DNA of 64,000 nt from Thermoproteota archaeon (GTDB taxonomy: Archaea > Thermoproteota > Thermoprotei_A > Sulfolobales > Desulfurococcaceae): the NCBI GenBank assembly GCA_030550615.1, contig JAUQPA010000002.1:2074-66073 (forward strand), in the 5' to 3' direction. Positions 8,716-18,779 of the stretch are shown here, piece by piece. The position numbers and the translations under genes are program-made. Below the pieces are notes generated by a model. That model was not told the origin of the DNA, did no database searches, and was given only the letters and a program-made list of their open reading frames with translations. The first letter of the stretch is position 1; each line of letters opens with the position of its first letter.

Positions 8716-10041
8716 TTAAATTACTTTCCTGGCTAATTTATCAAACAGCAGCTTGTAGAGTATGGCGAGTACAACTCCTCTTACATATACATCTATGAAC
8801 ATCGCCGACCACGGGCCGATAACTCCAAGATAATTCACAAGAATTATCGATAACAACACTCTTACGCAGATCAAGGATACTACGTTGGTGACCATGGGTA
8901 CCCAGGTATTGCCTGCACCCCTGAAAGCGCCACTAATAACCATGGCGATCCCTAAACCTAGCTCGCTGAATCCTGCAAAGGCTAAATATACTGATGATAA
9001 ATATCTGATCTCATCGCTGGGAGCAAACGGCTTTACTAGATAGTATCCTGTTGACCCGATTGCCACTCCTAGTAATCCCATTAACAAGGATCCGAGAATA
9101 GCTGTACGCCACCCGATCTCCTTAGCTCTTGATAATTCTCCCTGCCCAACATATCTTCCCACAAGTGCCGAGGCTGTCATTGAGAAAGCAAACCCCGGCA
9201 TGTAGATCAAGCTCTCTATTCTCAACCCTACATTATGAGCCGCCATAACAGCATCCCCTAACCTGGAGATAATACCTGCATAGATGTTGTTACCTAAGGC
9301 AAATAAAAATCGCTCAACAAAAGCTGGTAAACCCAGGTCTATCTCTCCCCTCACGTAATTGAAACCCAGCATAATACGTGGAATAAGATGCAGCTTAGAT
9401 AAGTAAAACAACTGTGCTGGCAAAGTTATAGTATTCGAAATAACCGTTGCTATCGCTGCTCCAGTAACACCCATCGGTGGAAAGCCGATATAACCATAGA
9501 TCATTATTGGATCCAATATGATGTTAAGTATGAGACCAAGTGAATTAGCTATTAAAGAATACATGGTGTATCCAGATGCTACAATTATCGAATCGAGAAC
9601 CATAGTTGTATACAATACTATGAACCCACCTACTCTTACTTTGAGGTAACTAACGGCATATTGGAACGTTAAGCCCTTAACACCAGATTGTATTTTTACA
9701 ATATCATCGGCCATAATATACCATATTATTGATAAAACGCCAATGAATAGTAAACCACGTAAGTAAACTTCACCAACAGCCGATTTCGCCTGATCTTTAT
9801 TACCACTGCCTATGCCTTGCGATGTAAAAACAATAGATGGAATAGTAAATAATGTGTTGAATACCTGGAAAAGCATGAGAATATACGAAGAAATCCCGAG
9901 ACCAGCCAATGCTTCCTGTCCTAACCCTGATACAAAGTAAGTATCTGTTAAGGAGTACAAACTTGATACTAATTCAACAACAACAAGTGGAATACTCGTT
10001 CTTAAAACTTGTTTTAATTCATTATCAAGTTTCAGCAACAT
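8716..10041 (-). CDS. MATE-family efflux transporter
   Basis: 441 aa with about 12 predicted TM helices arranged as two halves. Composition and length are typical of NorM/DinF-type MATE proteins. Confidence 0.7.
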   Translation of the reverse strand: MLLKLDNELKQVLRTSIPLVVVELVSSLYSLTDTYFVSGLGQEALAGLGISSYILMLFQVFNTLFTIPSIVFTSQGIGSGNKDQAKSAVGEVYLRGLLFIGVLSIIWYIMADDIVKIQSGVKGLTFQYAVSYLKVRVGGFIVLYTTMVLDSIIVASGYTMYSLIANSLGLILNIILDPIMIYGYIGFPPMGVTGAAIATVISNTITLPAQLFYLSKLHLIPRIMLGFNYVRGEIDLGLPAFVERFLFALGNNIYAGIISRLGDAVMAAHNVGLRIESLIYMPGFAFSMTASALVGRYVGQGELSRAKEIGWRTAILGSLLMGLLGVAIGSTGYYLVKPFAPSDEIRYLSSVYLAFAGFSELGLGIAMVISGAFRGAGNTWVPMVTNVVSLICVRVLLSIILVNYLGVIGPWSAMFIDVYVRGVVLAILYKLLFDKLARKVI

Positions 10042-10194
10042 TTCTGAACACGATGTAAAATCAAAATCACGTTAGACTATTAAATTTGAAAAGTATCTTG
10101 TTGCCATTCAATACTGTACTGCATTGTAGGCTAGTTAAATAAATTTACTCAACTATAAAATACTCCAGACATCTATTTAAAAATGGTGTAATTT

Positions 10195-10992
10195 ATGGAA
10201 TTATGGCAGATCGTTCTCATTGCAGTTGCGTTATTCATAGGTTTACCGATCCTCGCCTCAGCGATAAAGATCGTTAAGGAATATGAAAGACTCGTAGTTT
10301 TCAGGCTAGGTAGGTTAAGGGGGGCGATTGGACCAGGTATAGTTTTCGTAATTCCATTCATAGACACTGTCAACAAAGTTGATTTAAGAGTTGTAACAGT
10401 TGATGTCCCGAAACAAGAGATCTTAACAAGAGATAATGTAAGTGTAACAGTCGATGCAGTAATATACTACAGGGTGTTAGACCCTATAGCGGCTATTACA
10501 AAGGTGTCAAATTATCATTACGCCGTTAGTCTCCTAGGTCAAACAGTTCTAAGAGATATACTGGGTCAATCGGATCTAGACGACCTATTACAGAGAAGAG
10601 ATGAATTAAGCAAGAAATTATCAGGAGTACTAGATGAAATGACGATACCATGGGGGGTTAAAATAGTAGCTGCTACTATAAAAGCCGTTGAGCTTCCGGA
10701 GGAAATGAAGAGAGCTATGGCTAAGCAAGCTGAAGCTGAACGTTGGAGAAGAGCAAGGATAATTGAAGCTGAAGGCGAAAAACAAGCTTCTCTAATATTA
10801 ACCGAAGCTGCAAGATTATATGAAGAACACCCCGTTGCCCTTAGACTAAGAGAGCTTCAGACTCTAATTGAAGTTGCCAGGGAGAAATCCCTGGTCGTAG
10901 TTACCGAGACGGGTGCGCGCTATACTGGTGAAATAGTTGCAACCCAGAAGGCACTTGGAGAATACGAGAAGAGAACTGAGGGTTCGAGATGA
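10195..10992 (+). CDS. Stomatin-like SPFH/band-7 protein
   Basis: N-terminal TM, then KIVKEYERLVVFRLGR...PFIDTVNKVDLRV...RDNV and a C-terminal coiled coil AEAERWRRARIIEAEGE. Classic prokaryotic stomatin pattern. ATGA overlap with the downstream NfeD gene. Confidence 0.85.
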   Translation: MELWQIVLIAVALFIGLPILASAIKIVKEYERLVVFRLGRLRGAIGPGIVFVIPFIDTVNKVDLRVVTVDVPKQEILTRDNVSVTVDAVIYYRVLDPIAAITKVSNYHYAVSLLGQTVLRDILGQSDLDDLLQRRDELSKKLSGVLDEMTIPWGVKIVAATIKAVELPEEMKRAMAKQAEAERWRRARIIEAEGEKQASLILTEAARLYEEHPVALRLRELQTLIEVAREKSLVVVTETGARYTGEIVATQKALGEYEKRTEGSR

Positions 10993-12332
10993 AAATCGCT
11001 AGAGATGAAATGAGTTTTTTAATTAACAGCTTTCTACTCGCCTTCATATTTCTAGCTTTGGTTACATTTGCACAAGTGCACGGTGAATATAAATCAGTAA
11101 CTAAAGGAGTAATTGTTGAAATAACTCCCCCATGGGATACTATAGATAGTGGAGTTGCTGAATGCGTTGTTGATGCAGTTAAATATGCTGAAGAAATAAA
11201 CGCAGTCCTTATATACAAAGTAAATAGCTACGGTGGATACTTAGATTCCGCATTCACAATCGGGGATGCAATATACTACTCCCGAGTACCGGCAATAGCT
11301 TACGTCGAGAACAAAGCACTAAGCGCCGGAACACTTATCATTATTCCAGCAGACGTGATCGTTTTACAGAAAGGATCGATCATTGGAGCAATGAAACCAG
11401 TAATAGTGAACCCGGTCACAGGTGAAGTAACATTCGTGAATGAATCGAAAATACTAGAACCTATTCTAGGTAAAGTCAAAGTTTACAGTGAAAATAAGAA
11501 TAGAAACATATCGTTACTAACGGAGTTTATCTATGATGCAAAAGTTGTTGATTCCGATACCGCTGTCTCAAGTGGAGTAGCGGATTTTGTTGTGAACGAT
11601 TATAGTCAATTATATGAGTTAACTAAAGGAATGGTCATTGAAAAGCGAGGGGTCGTGTACGCAATAGATCTTAATCCAGCAAACGTAGAAGTATTCACGT
11701 GTAGCATAAGATCCCGGGTTCTCTCAATTCTATCTAATTCGTATCTAGCTAATGCATTATTGAGCATAGGTGTATTAGCAGCTATTTTTGCATTAGCATC
11801 CGGAAAAATAGCTGTTTTACCAATAGCCCTAGCACTTGTTCTACTAGGGTTGATAAGCACGGGAATAAATCCAAACATGCTATCGTTTTTCTTCATACTG
11901 CTGGGTGCTATTCTACTTGCCGTTGAGCTATTTATCCTACCTGGCTTTGGTTTCGTTGGAATAAGCGGCATAATACTGATAACATTGGGCTTCGCACTTC
12001 TACCAGCTTATATACCCGCAGGTATATCTCCAAGGGAAGACTATATAATGGCTTTGAGAGCTTTCATATTTGGAACAGCTATTACACTTGGCTCATTTTT
12101 TGGATTAGTTGTTTTAAAGGTGGTTCAGGTGAGAAAGAAAAAACCCGTGAGCTACACACCCGAGGGGAAAGAAGGATTTGCCATTGAAGATATTAAACCT
12201 GGAGTTATAGGTTTCGTGAAGATAGAGGGGGAATACTGGAGAGCTGTGTCAAATAGTTACATTAAGGCAGGGGAGAGAATTGTGGTGTTAAAACTGAGAG
12301 AAGACGGGGTACTAGTAGTGGATAAAAAATAG
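10989..12332 (+). CDS. NfeD-family membrane-bound serine protease (stomatin operon partner, long form)
   Basis: ClpP/SppA-like N-domain (NSYGGYLDSAFTIGDAI), central TM block, and C-terminal NfeD OB-fold (GFVKIEGEYWRAVS...GERIVVLKL). Translationally coupled to the stomatin gene, as in PH1510/PH1511. Confidence 0.8.
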   Translation: MKIARDEMSFLINSFLLAFIFLALVTFAQVHGEYKSVTKGVIVEITPPWDTIDSGVAECVVDAVKYAEEINAVLIYKVNSYGGYLDSAFTIGDAIYYSRVPAIAYVENKALSAGTLIIIPADVIVLQKGSIIGAMKPVIVNPVTGEVTFVNESKILEPILGKVKVYSENKNRNISLLTEFIYDAKVVDSDTAVSSGVADFVVNDYSQLYELTKGMVIEKRGVVYAIDLNPANVEVFTCSIRSRVLSILSNSYLANALLSIGVLAAIFALASGKIAVLPIALALVLLGLISTGINPNMLSFFFILLGAILLAVELFILPGFGFVGISGIILITLGFALLPAYIPAGISPREDYIMALRAFIFGTAITLGSFFGLVVLKVVQVRKKKPVSYTPEGKEGFAIEDIKPGVIGFVKIEGEYWRAVSNSYIKAGERIVVLKLREDGVLVVDKK

Positions 12333-12335
12333 ATT

Positions 12336-13190
12336 CTAGGGATAAAGCACCCCTAGTTTCAATAACCCCTCTATGATCAAAGAATTAACGAATTTTGTTC
12401 TGACACTTCTCTTCTTTAATCTCTCATCTATTCTACCTATCTCCTTATCCAACTCATAGGCATTCGAACCTACAATAAAGTTAACGTTTAACCCAAAACT
12501 AGGGATCCAGAACCAATACTCCAACGTGTACTTGAAGTTAATTCTTACACTATTAAGTACATACTTGTATTCCTCCGGATAGAAGTAACTACTGCCGGCC
12601 TGCGTAACAACTATTCCATCCGGTTTCATTATTTTCTTTACTTCAGCGAAAAACTCAGGTGAGTATAGTGGCTTAGCTATTTCACTACCGTATGGATCAG
12701 TCAAATCCATTATCACGACATCGAAGTAGTTCTGCGGCGCAGTTTTCACATATTCCTTACCATCCATGATTACGACCTTCGCCCTTGGATCATAGAAGCT
12801 TCCTTGATGCATGTGTTCAAGGTATTTCTTTGAGAATTCTACAACTACTGGATCAATGTCCACCATTACCGCTTCTCTTACTGTACTGTGTTTTAATACC
12901 TCTCTAAGTGTTGCTCCTTCCCCGCCGCCTAGTATTAATACTTTCTCGGGATTGGGGTGTATGGCCATTGCTGGTTGAACTAGTAACTCGTGGTATAAGT
13001 GTTCGTCTTTCTCCGTGCTTTGCACATATTTATCTAGTAATAGAGATCTACCGAACCCCTCTAATTCAGCTAAAATAACTTCTTGAAACGGTGACTTAGC
13101 TGTTGCTAGGACTTTATTTACTTTAAATATGAGCTTAATGTTCCTGCCGGCTGGTTCAATAATCACTAATCCTTCTTCCGTTTCAACCAC
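12336..13190 (-). CDS. speE: Spermidine synthase / polyamine aminopropyltransferase
   Basis: LILGGGEGATLREVLKH, MVDIDP and DLTDP motifs. 284 aa. Confidence 0.85.
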   Translation of the reverse strand: MVETEEGLVIIEPAGRNIKLIFKVNKVLATAKSPFQEVILAELEGFGRSLLLDKYVQSTEKDEHLYHELLVQPAMAIHPNPEKVLILGGGEGATLREVLKHSTVREAVMVDIDPVVVEFSKKYLEHMHQGSFYDPRAKVVIMDGKEYVKTAPQNYFDVVIMDLTDPYGSEIAKPLYSPEFFAEVKKIMKPDGIVVTQAGSSYFYPEEYKYVLNSVRINFKYTLEYWFWIPSFGLNVNFIVGSNAYELDKEIGRIDERLKKRSVRTKFVNSLIIEGLLKLGVLYP

Positions 13191-13899
13191 CCGTTTCTTC
13201 TATTAGTTTAATATATTCCTCGATTATTTTATCTCCACTGCTAGTTCCTATTCTACTTGCACCAGCGCTAATTAAAGCAATTGCGTCTAATGCGTGTCTA
13301 ATACCACCTGAAGCTTTGACACCTATTTTCCCCTTGCTAGATCTCCTGAGAATTACAACGTCGTGAACTGTGGCAACCGAACCTAAGAACCCTGTACAGG
13401 TTTTAACGTAATCAGCTCCTGCCTCAATGATAATCTCCGTTGCTTTAATTTTTTCTTCATCTGTTAAAAACCCTGTTTCAATGATGACTTTCACAACTTT
13501 TACTCCACGTGATTTAGCTGAATTCACTACGCTTTTTATATCTCTACTAACATATTCGTAATTTCCTGATTTAAATGCATTTATGTTCATAACCATATCT
13601 ACTTCGGATACCCCGAGTTCAGCTGCTTCAACAGCTTCCGCTACTTTGACCCTGGTTGATGTATTACCAAGAGGAAATCCTATAACAACGCCTAGATCAA
13701 TAGTTCTACCAGCTATTTCAAGAGCCTTCTCAACCAAGGATAGCGGTATCATTAGTAGCTTGAATCCGTATTTCCTGGTATCATCAATGAATTTCTCGAG
13801 CACCTTGTAGTTAGCATCGGGTTTAAGCAACGTATGATCTATGATCGAAGCTAGCTCCTCAGGTTTAAACTTATACTTCTCGAAGAATTCTAAGCTCAT
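13183..13899 (-). CDS. deoC: Deoxyribose-phosphate aldolase
   Basis: IIDHTLLKPDA, VKTCTGF (Schiff-base Lys context) and VKASGGIR. 238 aa. Confidence 0.85.
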   Translation of the reverse strand: MSLEFFEKYKFKPEELASIIDHTLLKPDANYKVLEKFIDDTRKYGFKLLMIPLSLVEKALEIAGRTIDLGVVIGFPLGNTSTRVKVAEAVEAAELGVSEVDMVMNINAFKSGNYEYVSRDIKSVVNSAKSRGVKVVKVIIETGFLTDEEKIKATEIIIEAGADYVKTCTGFLGSVATVHDVVILRRSSKGKIGVKASGGIRHALDAIALISAGASRIGTSSGDKIIEEYIKLIEETGG

Positions 13900-13992
13900 G
13901 CGTATCCCATGGTAATTAATTCTTTAGTATTAAATAATAATACGATAACATTGAAGGTAATACCTCGATTATGATGCAAAACAATAGCTTCG

Positions 13993-14418
13993 TTACTTTT
14001 TACCTTGTTGAATTTTCTCAACGTATTTTTCAGGCGGTAATAGTGAAGTGTATTCCCTCGGATCGTCTGGAAGTATCACGAATATCCATCCCTCACCATA
14101 TGGATCCTTGTTGATTAATTCAGGCGAAGTCTCCAAGTTCCTGTTCACCTCCACTATTTTACCCGACACTGGTGCATAATATGGGGAAGTAGCTTTTACT
14201 GAATCTATCATCCCGAGTTCTTCGCCTTTTCTAACAACTCTACCTACCTGTGGCAATTCAACTGCTACTATATCCTTTAGTTCTTTCTGAGCATAGTCAG
14301 ATATCCCGCAGACAATTCTATCATTTTCTAATTTAGCCCATTCATCCGTCTCCGCGTATCTTCGATCAGTTTTAATAACGTATTCCTTGCCCTTTACTTT
14401 AATCACTAATTCACTCAA
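13993..14418 (-). CDS. gcvH: Glycine cleavage system H protein
   Basis: 141 aa. Lipoyl-lysine motif IDSVKATS and the typical YAQKELKDIVAVELP context. Confidence 0.9.
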   Translation of the reverse strand: MSELVIKVKGKEYVIKTDRRYAETDEWAKLENDRIVCGISDYAQKELKDIVAVELPQVGRVVRKGEELGMIDSVKATSPYYAPVSGKIVEVNRNLETSPELINKDPYGEGWIFVILPDDPREYTSLLPPEKYVEKIQQGKK

Positions 14419-14567
14419 TTACATCACCTGCAGATTATATAGTTGACTTAAGTAATAAAAACTTTGGATATATGAAATCAATTAGTAACCATATTGGACT
14501 CGGTCGCCTATTTTAATTTGATCTAAAAATTGCAATCAACTTACGCCTCTATCCCTTGCTTCATAAA

Positions 14568-15680
14568 CTACTTTTTAATGAAGGGAAAATCAACAATTCT
14601 TGCACGGTATTTTTTACCATGTATGTTCACTTCTACTTCCTCCCCTATAATGGCATGTCTTGTATCAATATAAGCCATGGCTATTCCCCTGTTTAAGACA
14701 GGGGAATAGCAGCCACTTGTTACCCAGCCTACTTGTATATCTTCAATGTATACTCCATGACCCTGCCTAGGGAAAATTCTGCCTGCACTTCTCTCCATTA
14801 TTAAACCGGTTCTAATCCATCTTACACCTTCTTTCCTACATGCTCGAAGTGCTGCTTCTCCAACAAATCCGCTTTTACTCCAAGTGATTGCGCCCATGCC
14901 ATATCTGAGAGATAAAGCACACGGATATCTCAATGGATCTTCTCCGTACTCGTGACCGCCTAGAACAAACCCCATCTCGATTCTCAAGGTATCCCTGGCT
15001 ATTAATCCAGCTGGCTTAACGCCCTTAGCTATAAGGGCTTCCACCAGTTTTTTCATTTCTCCATGTTCACCCCATACTTCAAAACCATCTTCACCCGTCC
15101 AGCCGCTCCTGCTGATCAAACGAATTTTGATGCCGTTTATTTCCTCGTTTTCTCTAAATTCAAGAGGCTTGAGATCCGCCGCCCATTTAGCTCCAAGTAG
15201 CTCCATTACACGCGGCGATTCAGGACCCTGTACTGCAATAATTGAGTATTTACCTGTTATGTCCAAAACGCTAACTTTATAATTTCTAAAAGACACCACT
15301 TGCTTGAAGTAATCTAGCATTTTCTCTTTAGCCAGAGCGTTTGCCACTACTATCCATTCATCATCTGTTATCTTATACAGCATTTCATCATCTTTAACTC
15401 TCGCGAGCTCATTTAAGCTAAGTGTAGGTCCACTCATGAAGCCTTGTTTCACCTTGGATAAGTCTTTGGTGTAGATGTATTGAGCGAACTCTAAGACATC
15501 TTCACCTTTGAGAAGTAGTTTACCCATATGAGATACATCGAAAAACGCTACGCTCGTTCTAACCGTGATATGCTCATCTAGAGAATTAGTAAAACGCATT
15601 GGAACCTCCCACTCACCGAAATTACCTGGGTCAGCTCCGAGTCTGTCAATATAGAAATCCAATAGTGGAATTTTCCCCAA
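14568..15680 (-). CDS. gcvT: Glycine cleavage system T protein (aminomethyltransferase)
   Basis: 370 aa. FDVSHMGKLLLKG, SRSGWTGEDGFE and folate-binding-family layout. Confidence 0.9.
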   Translation of the reverse strand: MGKIPLLDFYIDRLGADPGNFGEWEVPMRFTNSLDEHITVRTSVAFFDVSHMGKLLLKGEDVLEFAQYIYTKDLSKVKQGFMSGPTLSLNELARVKDDEMLYKITDDEWIVVANALAKEKMLDYFKQVVSFRNYKVSVLDITGKYSIIAVQGPESPRVMELLGAKWAADLKPLEFRENEEINGIKIRLISRSGWTGEDGFEVWGEHGEMKKLVEALIAKGVKPAGLIARDTLRIEMGFVLGGHEYGEDPLRYPCALSLRYGMGAITWSKSGFVGEAALRACRKEGVRWIRTGLIMERSAGRIFPRQGHGVYIEDIQVGWVTSGCYSPVLNRGIAMAYIDTRHAIIGEEVEVNIHGKKYRARIVDFPFIKK

Positions 15681-15783
15681 GTCGCTTTCACCATGGAATT
15701 TATACTTATCTATATTCTCATGACTTAGAAATGCTAATATATCTAATATATAATATTTATTTTAAATATCGATATATGTTTAT
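15681..15783. promoter_or_regulatory. Divergent intergenic promoter region between gcvT-gcvH and gcvPA-gcvPB-lpd
   Basis: 103-nt AT-rich spacer between divergent gcv genes. It carries TATA-like runs (TTTAAATAT) and a perfect 10-bp palindrome ATATCGATAT at 15766-15775. Confidence 0.3.
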
Positions 15784-17214
15784 GTGTTTAATCCAAGTAG
15801 GGTGTTGCACTTGGTTGGCCACCCATGGATTCCTTCATTTACGAACGAGCAGGTTGATAAGGCATTAAAAACTATAGGCGTCAAAACCGTGGAAGAATTA
15901 TTTAGCGATATTCCAGCTGAAATTAGGCTTTCAAAGGAACAATGGGAGAAGTTAGAAATTGGTCTTGGAAAACCGTTGTCTGAAATAGAAGCAAAACGAT
16001 GTGTCGAGGAGAAAATATCAAAGAATATAATGCTTAGATCACCGCCGTTCATGGGCGGTGGAGTATATCCACATTATGTTCCCCCGCTGGTTAAATACAT
16101 TATATCGCGAGGAGAGTTTCTAACTGCTTATACACCATACCAGGCTGAGATATCCCAAGGGCTAATGCAAGCTATTTTTGAATATCAAAGCTTAATGGCT
16201 GAGCTACTAGATATGGATGTAGTTAATGCTTCCATGTACGATTGGGGTTCAGCAACAGCTGAAGCCATACTTATGTCTCTACGAGTTAATAAAGGTAGAA
16301 GAAAAGTTATTTTACCCGCTAACATGAATCCATACCATAGGAGAGTTGTTGAAACATATACTTGGCCCCACGTCGTTAAAATCATAACAATACCATACGA
16401 TCCCTTCAAGGGCACGATGGATGTTGAGAAACTCAAAGAAAGTATTGATGATGATACAGCAGCTGTATATCTCCAATCCCCTAACTTCTTTGGAGTAATA
16501 GAGTCGAGTGCTAAAGCAGTCGAGGAAATTACACATAGCAAGAAATCTATTTTCATTATGGGTGTAAACCCCATATCACTTGGCTTACTGAAGTCGCCGG
16601 GCGAACTAGGTGCAGATATAGCTGTTGGTGAAGGCCAGCCATTAGGATTAGGGTTGAATTATGGCGGACCATATCTAGGCGTGTTTGCAACAAGGTACAA
16701 CATGAACCTTATTAGACAAATGCCAGGTAGAATAATTGGTTTGACGGAATCAAAAAATGGAGAAAGAAGTTTTGCAATGATTTTACAAACAAGAGAACAG
16801 CATATAAGACGCGAGAAAGCAACATCCAATATATGTACCAACGAAGCATTAATGGCGATAGCTACAGCCGTCTACATGTCGATGCTAGGTAAAAACGGCT
16901 TAGTGAGATTAGCTGAAGTAAATTACTACCGAGCACACTACGCGTGGAAAAAAATGAAAAACATAGGGTTGAACGTTGAGTTATTTAAAGAAGATTTCTT
17001 CAACGAATTTCCAGTATCATTCAATGAAGTGAAAATTCCCTATAGAACAATACATGAAAAACTGCTAGAGAATAGAATACATGGAGGATTATACATCCGT
17101 GAATTCTACCCGGAGCTAGGTGAAACAGCTTTGTTCGCATTTACAGAACTACACTTCAAGCAAGACATCGATTATCTCGTGGAAACAATAAATAAAATCC
17201 TCCTTGAGAGGTGA
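15784..17214 (+). CDS. gcvPA: Glycine dehydrogenase (decarboxylating) subunit 1
   Basis: GHPWIPSFTNEQVDKALKTIG N-terminus and YTPYQAEISQG motif. 476 aa as listed. The true start may be an internal TTG or GTG (~15802-15811). Confidence 0.9.
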   Translation: MFNPSRVLHLVGHPWIPSFTNEQVDKALKTIGVKTVEELFSDIPAEIRLSKEQWEKLEIGLGKPLSEIEAKRCVEEKISKNIMLRSPPFMGGGVYPHYVPPLVKYIISRGEFLTAYTPYQAEISQGLMQAIFEYQSLMAELLDMDVVNASMYDWGSATAEAILMSLRVNKGRRKVILPANMNPYHRRVVETYTWPHVVKIITIPYDPFKGTMDVEKLKESIDDDTAAVYLQSPNFFGVIESSAKAVEEITHSKKSIFIMGVNPISLGLLKSPGELGADIAVGEGQPLGLGLNYGGPYLGVFATRYNMNLIRQMPGRIIGLTESKNGERSFAMILQTREQHIRREKATSNICTNEALMAIATAVYMSMLGKNGLVRLAEVNYYRAHYAWKKMKNIGLNVELFKEDFFNEFPVSFNEVKIPYRTIHEKLLENRIHGGLYIREFYPELGETALFAFTELHFKQDIDYLVETINKILLER

Positions 17215-18779
17215 TTGTGATGTATAAGCAAGCAAAGTGGAGTGAACCATTAGTTTTCGAGCTCGGAGCAAAAGAGAGAATTGGAATAAACTTACCAGAA
17301 GTAGAGGAAGAAGTTAAACAAACAGTGGGCGAGATAAAAATACCCGATGAAATTAGAAGGAAAATTCCTCCTAATTTACCCGAGTTGAGTGAAGTAGAAG
17401 TTGTTAGACACTTCACCAGGTTAACGCAAATGTCTTATGGAGTCGATAACGGCCCAGTTCCTCTCGGTTCATGTACTATGAAGTACAATCCTAGAATAGC
17501 TTGGGATATAGCTTTCAATAGTGGAATCAGCGATCTTCATCCATTGCAGGATGTTAAAACAGTGCAAGGTCTACTAGAAATTATGTATGAATTACAGAAA
17601 TGGCTTGCCAACATAGTTGGAATGGATATATGTAGTCTGCATCCAGCGGCAGGAGCACATGGGGAACTGGCAGGAGTATTAATTATTAGGAAATATCATG
17701 AAATCAAAAATCAATTAGATAAGAAAACCGAGATAATAATACCAGATAGTGCTCATGGAACAAATCCAGCTAGTGCAGCTATGGGTGGTTTCAAAGTCGT
17801 TGAAATACCCTCAGCACCAGATGGAAATGTTGACTTAGATGCATTAAAATCAGTCGTAGGAGAATCAACAGCTGGATTGATGATTACGAATCCCAGCACG
17901 TTAGGTTTGTTCGAGGAAAACATACTAGAAATAGCGAAATTACTTCACGAATATGATGCTCTACTATACTATGATGGAGCTAACCTTAATGGAATCATGG
18001 GTTATGCGAGACCAGGTGATATGGGGTTTGACATAGCCCATATCAATATACATAAGACCTTCAGCTCACCGCATGGAGGCGGAGGACCCGGAGCTGGACC
18101 TGTGTGTATAAAAGACAAATTAGTTGATCCAGATAGAAACATATGGCTAAGGGATCTCCTACCTGGATACATAGTTGTTCACGATGAAAAAACAGGTTTA
18201 TTCACATTGAAAGCGCCGGGTCCATATAGTGTCGGGTTGCTTAGATCATTTTTCGCTAATACGGTTCCTTTACTTTGGGCGTATACTTACATTCTAATAA
18301 TGGGTCCCCAAGGTCTCAGAAAAGCAACTGAGCACGCCGTGATTATAACGAATTATTTTGCTAAGCTTGTTGATGGATTAAAAGGATTCGAGATACCCTA
18401 TGGAAAAGGAAGATATAGAAAACATGAAATCGTTTTAAGCGCTAAGCCGTTAGCTGATGAAACCGGAGTAACAGCAGAAGATGTTGCAAAAGGCTTACTC
18501 GACTCGGGATTCTATGCACCAACAATATACTTCCCTCTCATAGTAAAAGAAGCGTTGCAAATAGAGTTCACAGAATCCGAGACCATTGAAAACGTGGAGA
18601 AATATGCTGATAGATTAAAAGAAATAAGCAAAACAGCATACAATAATCCTGATGAAGCCAAGAACTGGCCAAAGAACACCTCAGTTGGTAGAATAGACGT
18701 GGTTAAAGCGAACCATCCAAGATATATATCTCCAACATGGAGAATATATGTTAAGAGAATGAGAGGCGTAATTCAATGA
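17211..18779 (+). CDS. gcvPB: Glycine dehydrogenase (decarboxylating) subunit 2 (PLP-binding)
   Basis: LGSCTMKYNP and NIHKTFSSPHGGGGPG (PLP-Lys region). The start is probably the ATG at 17220. Overlaps gcvPA and lpd. Confidence 0.9.
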   Translation: MIVMYKQAKWSEPLVFELGAKERIGINLPEVEEEVKQTVGEIKIPDEIRRKIPPNLPELSEVEVVRHFTRLTQMSYGVDNGPVPLGSCTMKYNPRIAWDIAFNSGISDLHPLQDVKTVQGLLEIMYELQKWLANIVGMDICSLHPAAGAHGELAGVLIIRKYHEIKNQLDKKTEIIIPDSAHGTNPASAAMGGFKVVEIPSAPDGNVDLDALKSVVGESTAGLMITNPSTLGLFEENILEIAKLLHEYDALLYYDGANLNGIMGYARPGDMGFDIAHINIHKTFSSPHGGGGPGAGPVCIKDKLVDPDRNIWLRDLLPGYIVVHDEKTGLFTLKAPGPYSVGLLRSFFANTVPLLWAYTYILIMGPQGLRKATEHAVIITNYFAKLVDGLKGFEIPYGKGRYRKHEIVLSAKPLADETGVTAEDVAKGLLDSGFYAPTIYFPLIVKEALQIEFTESETIENVEKYADRLKEISKTAYNNPDEAKNWPKNTSVGRIDVVKANHPRYISPTWRIYVKRMRGVIQ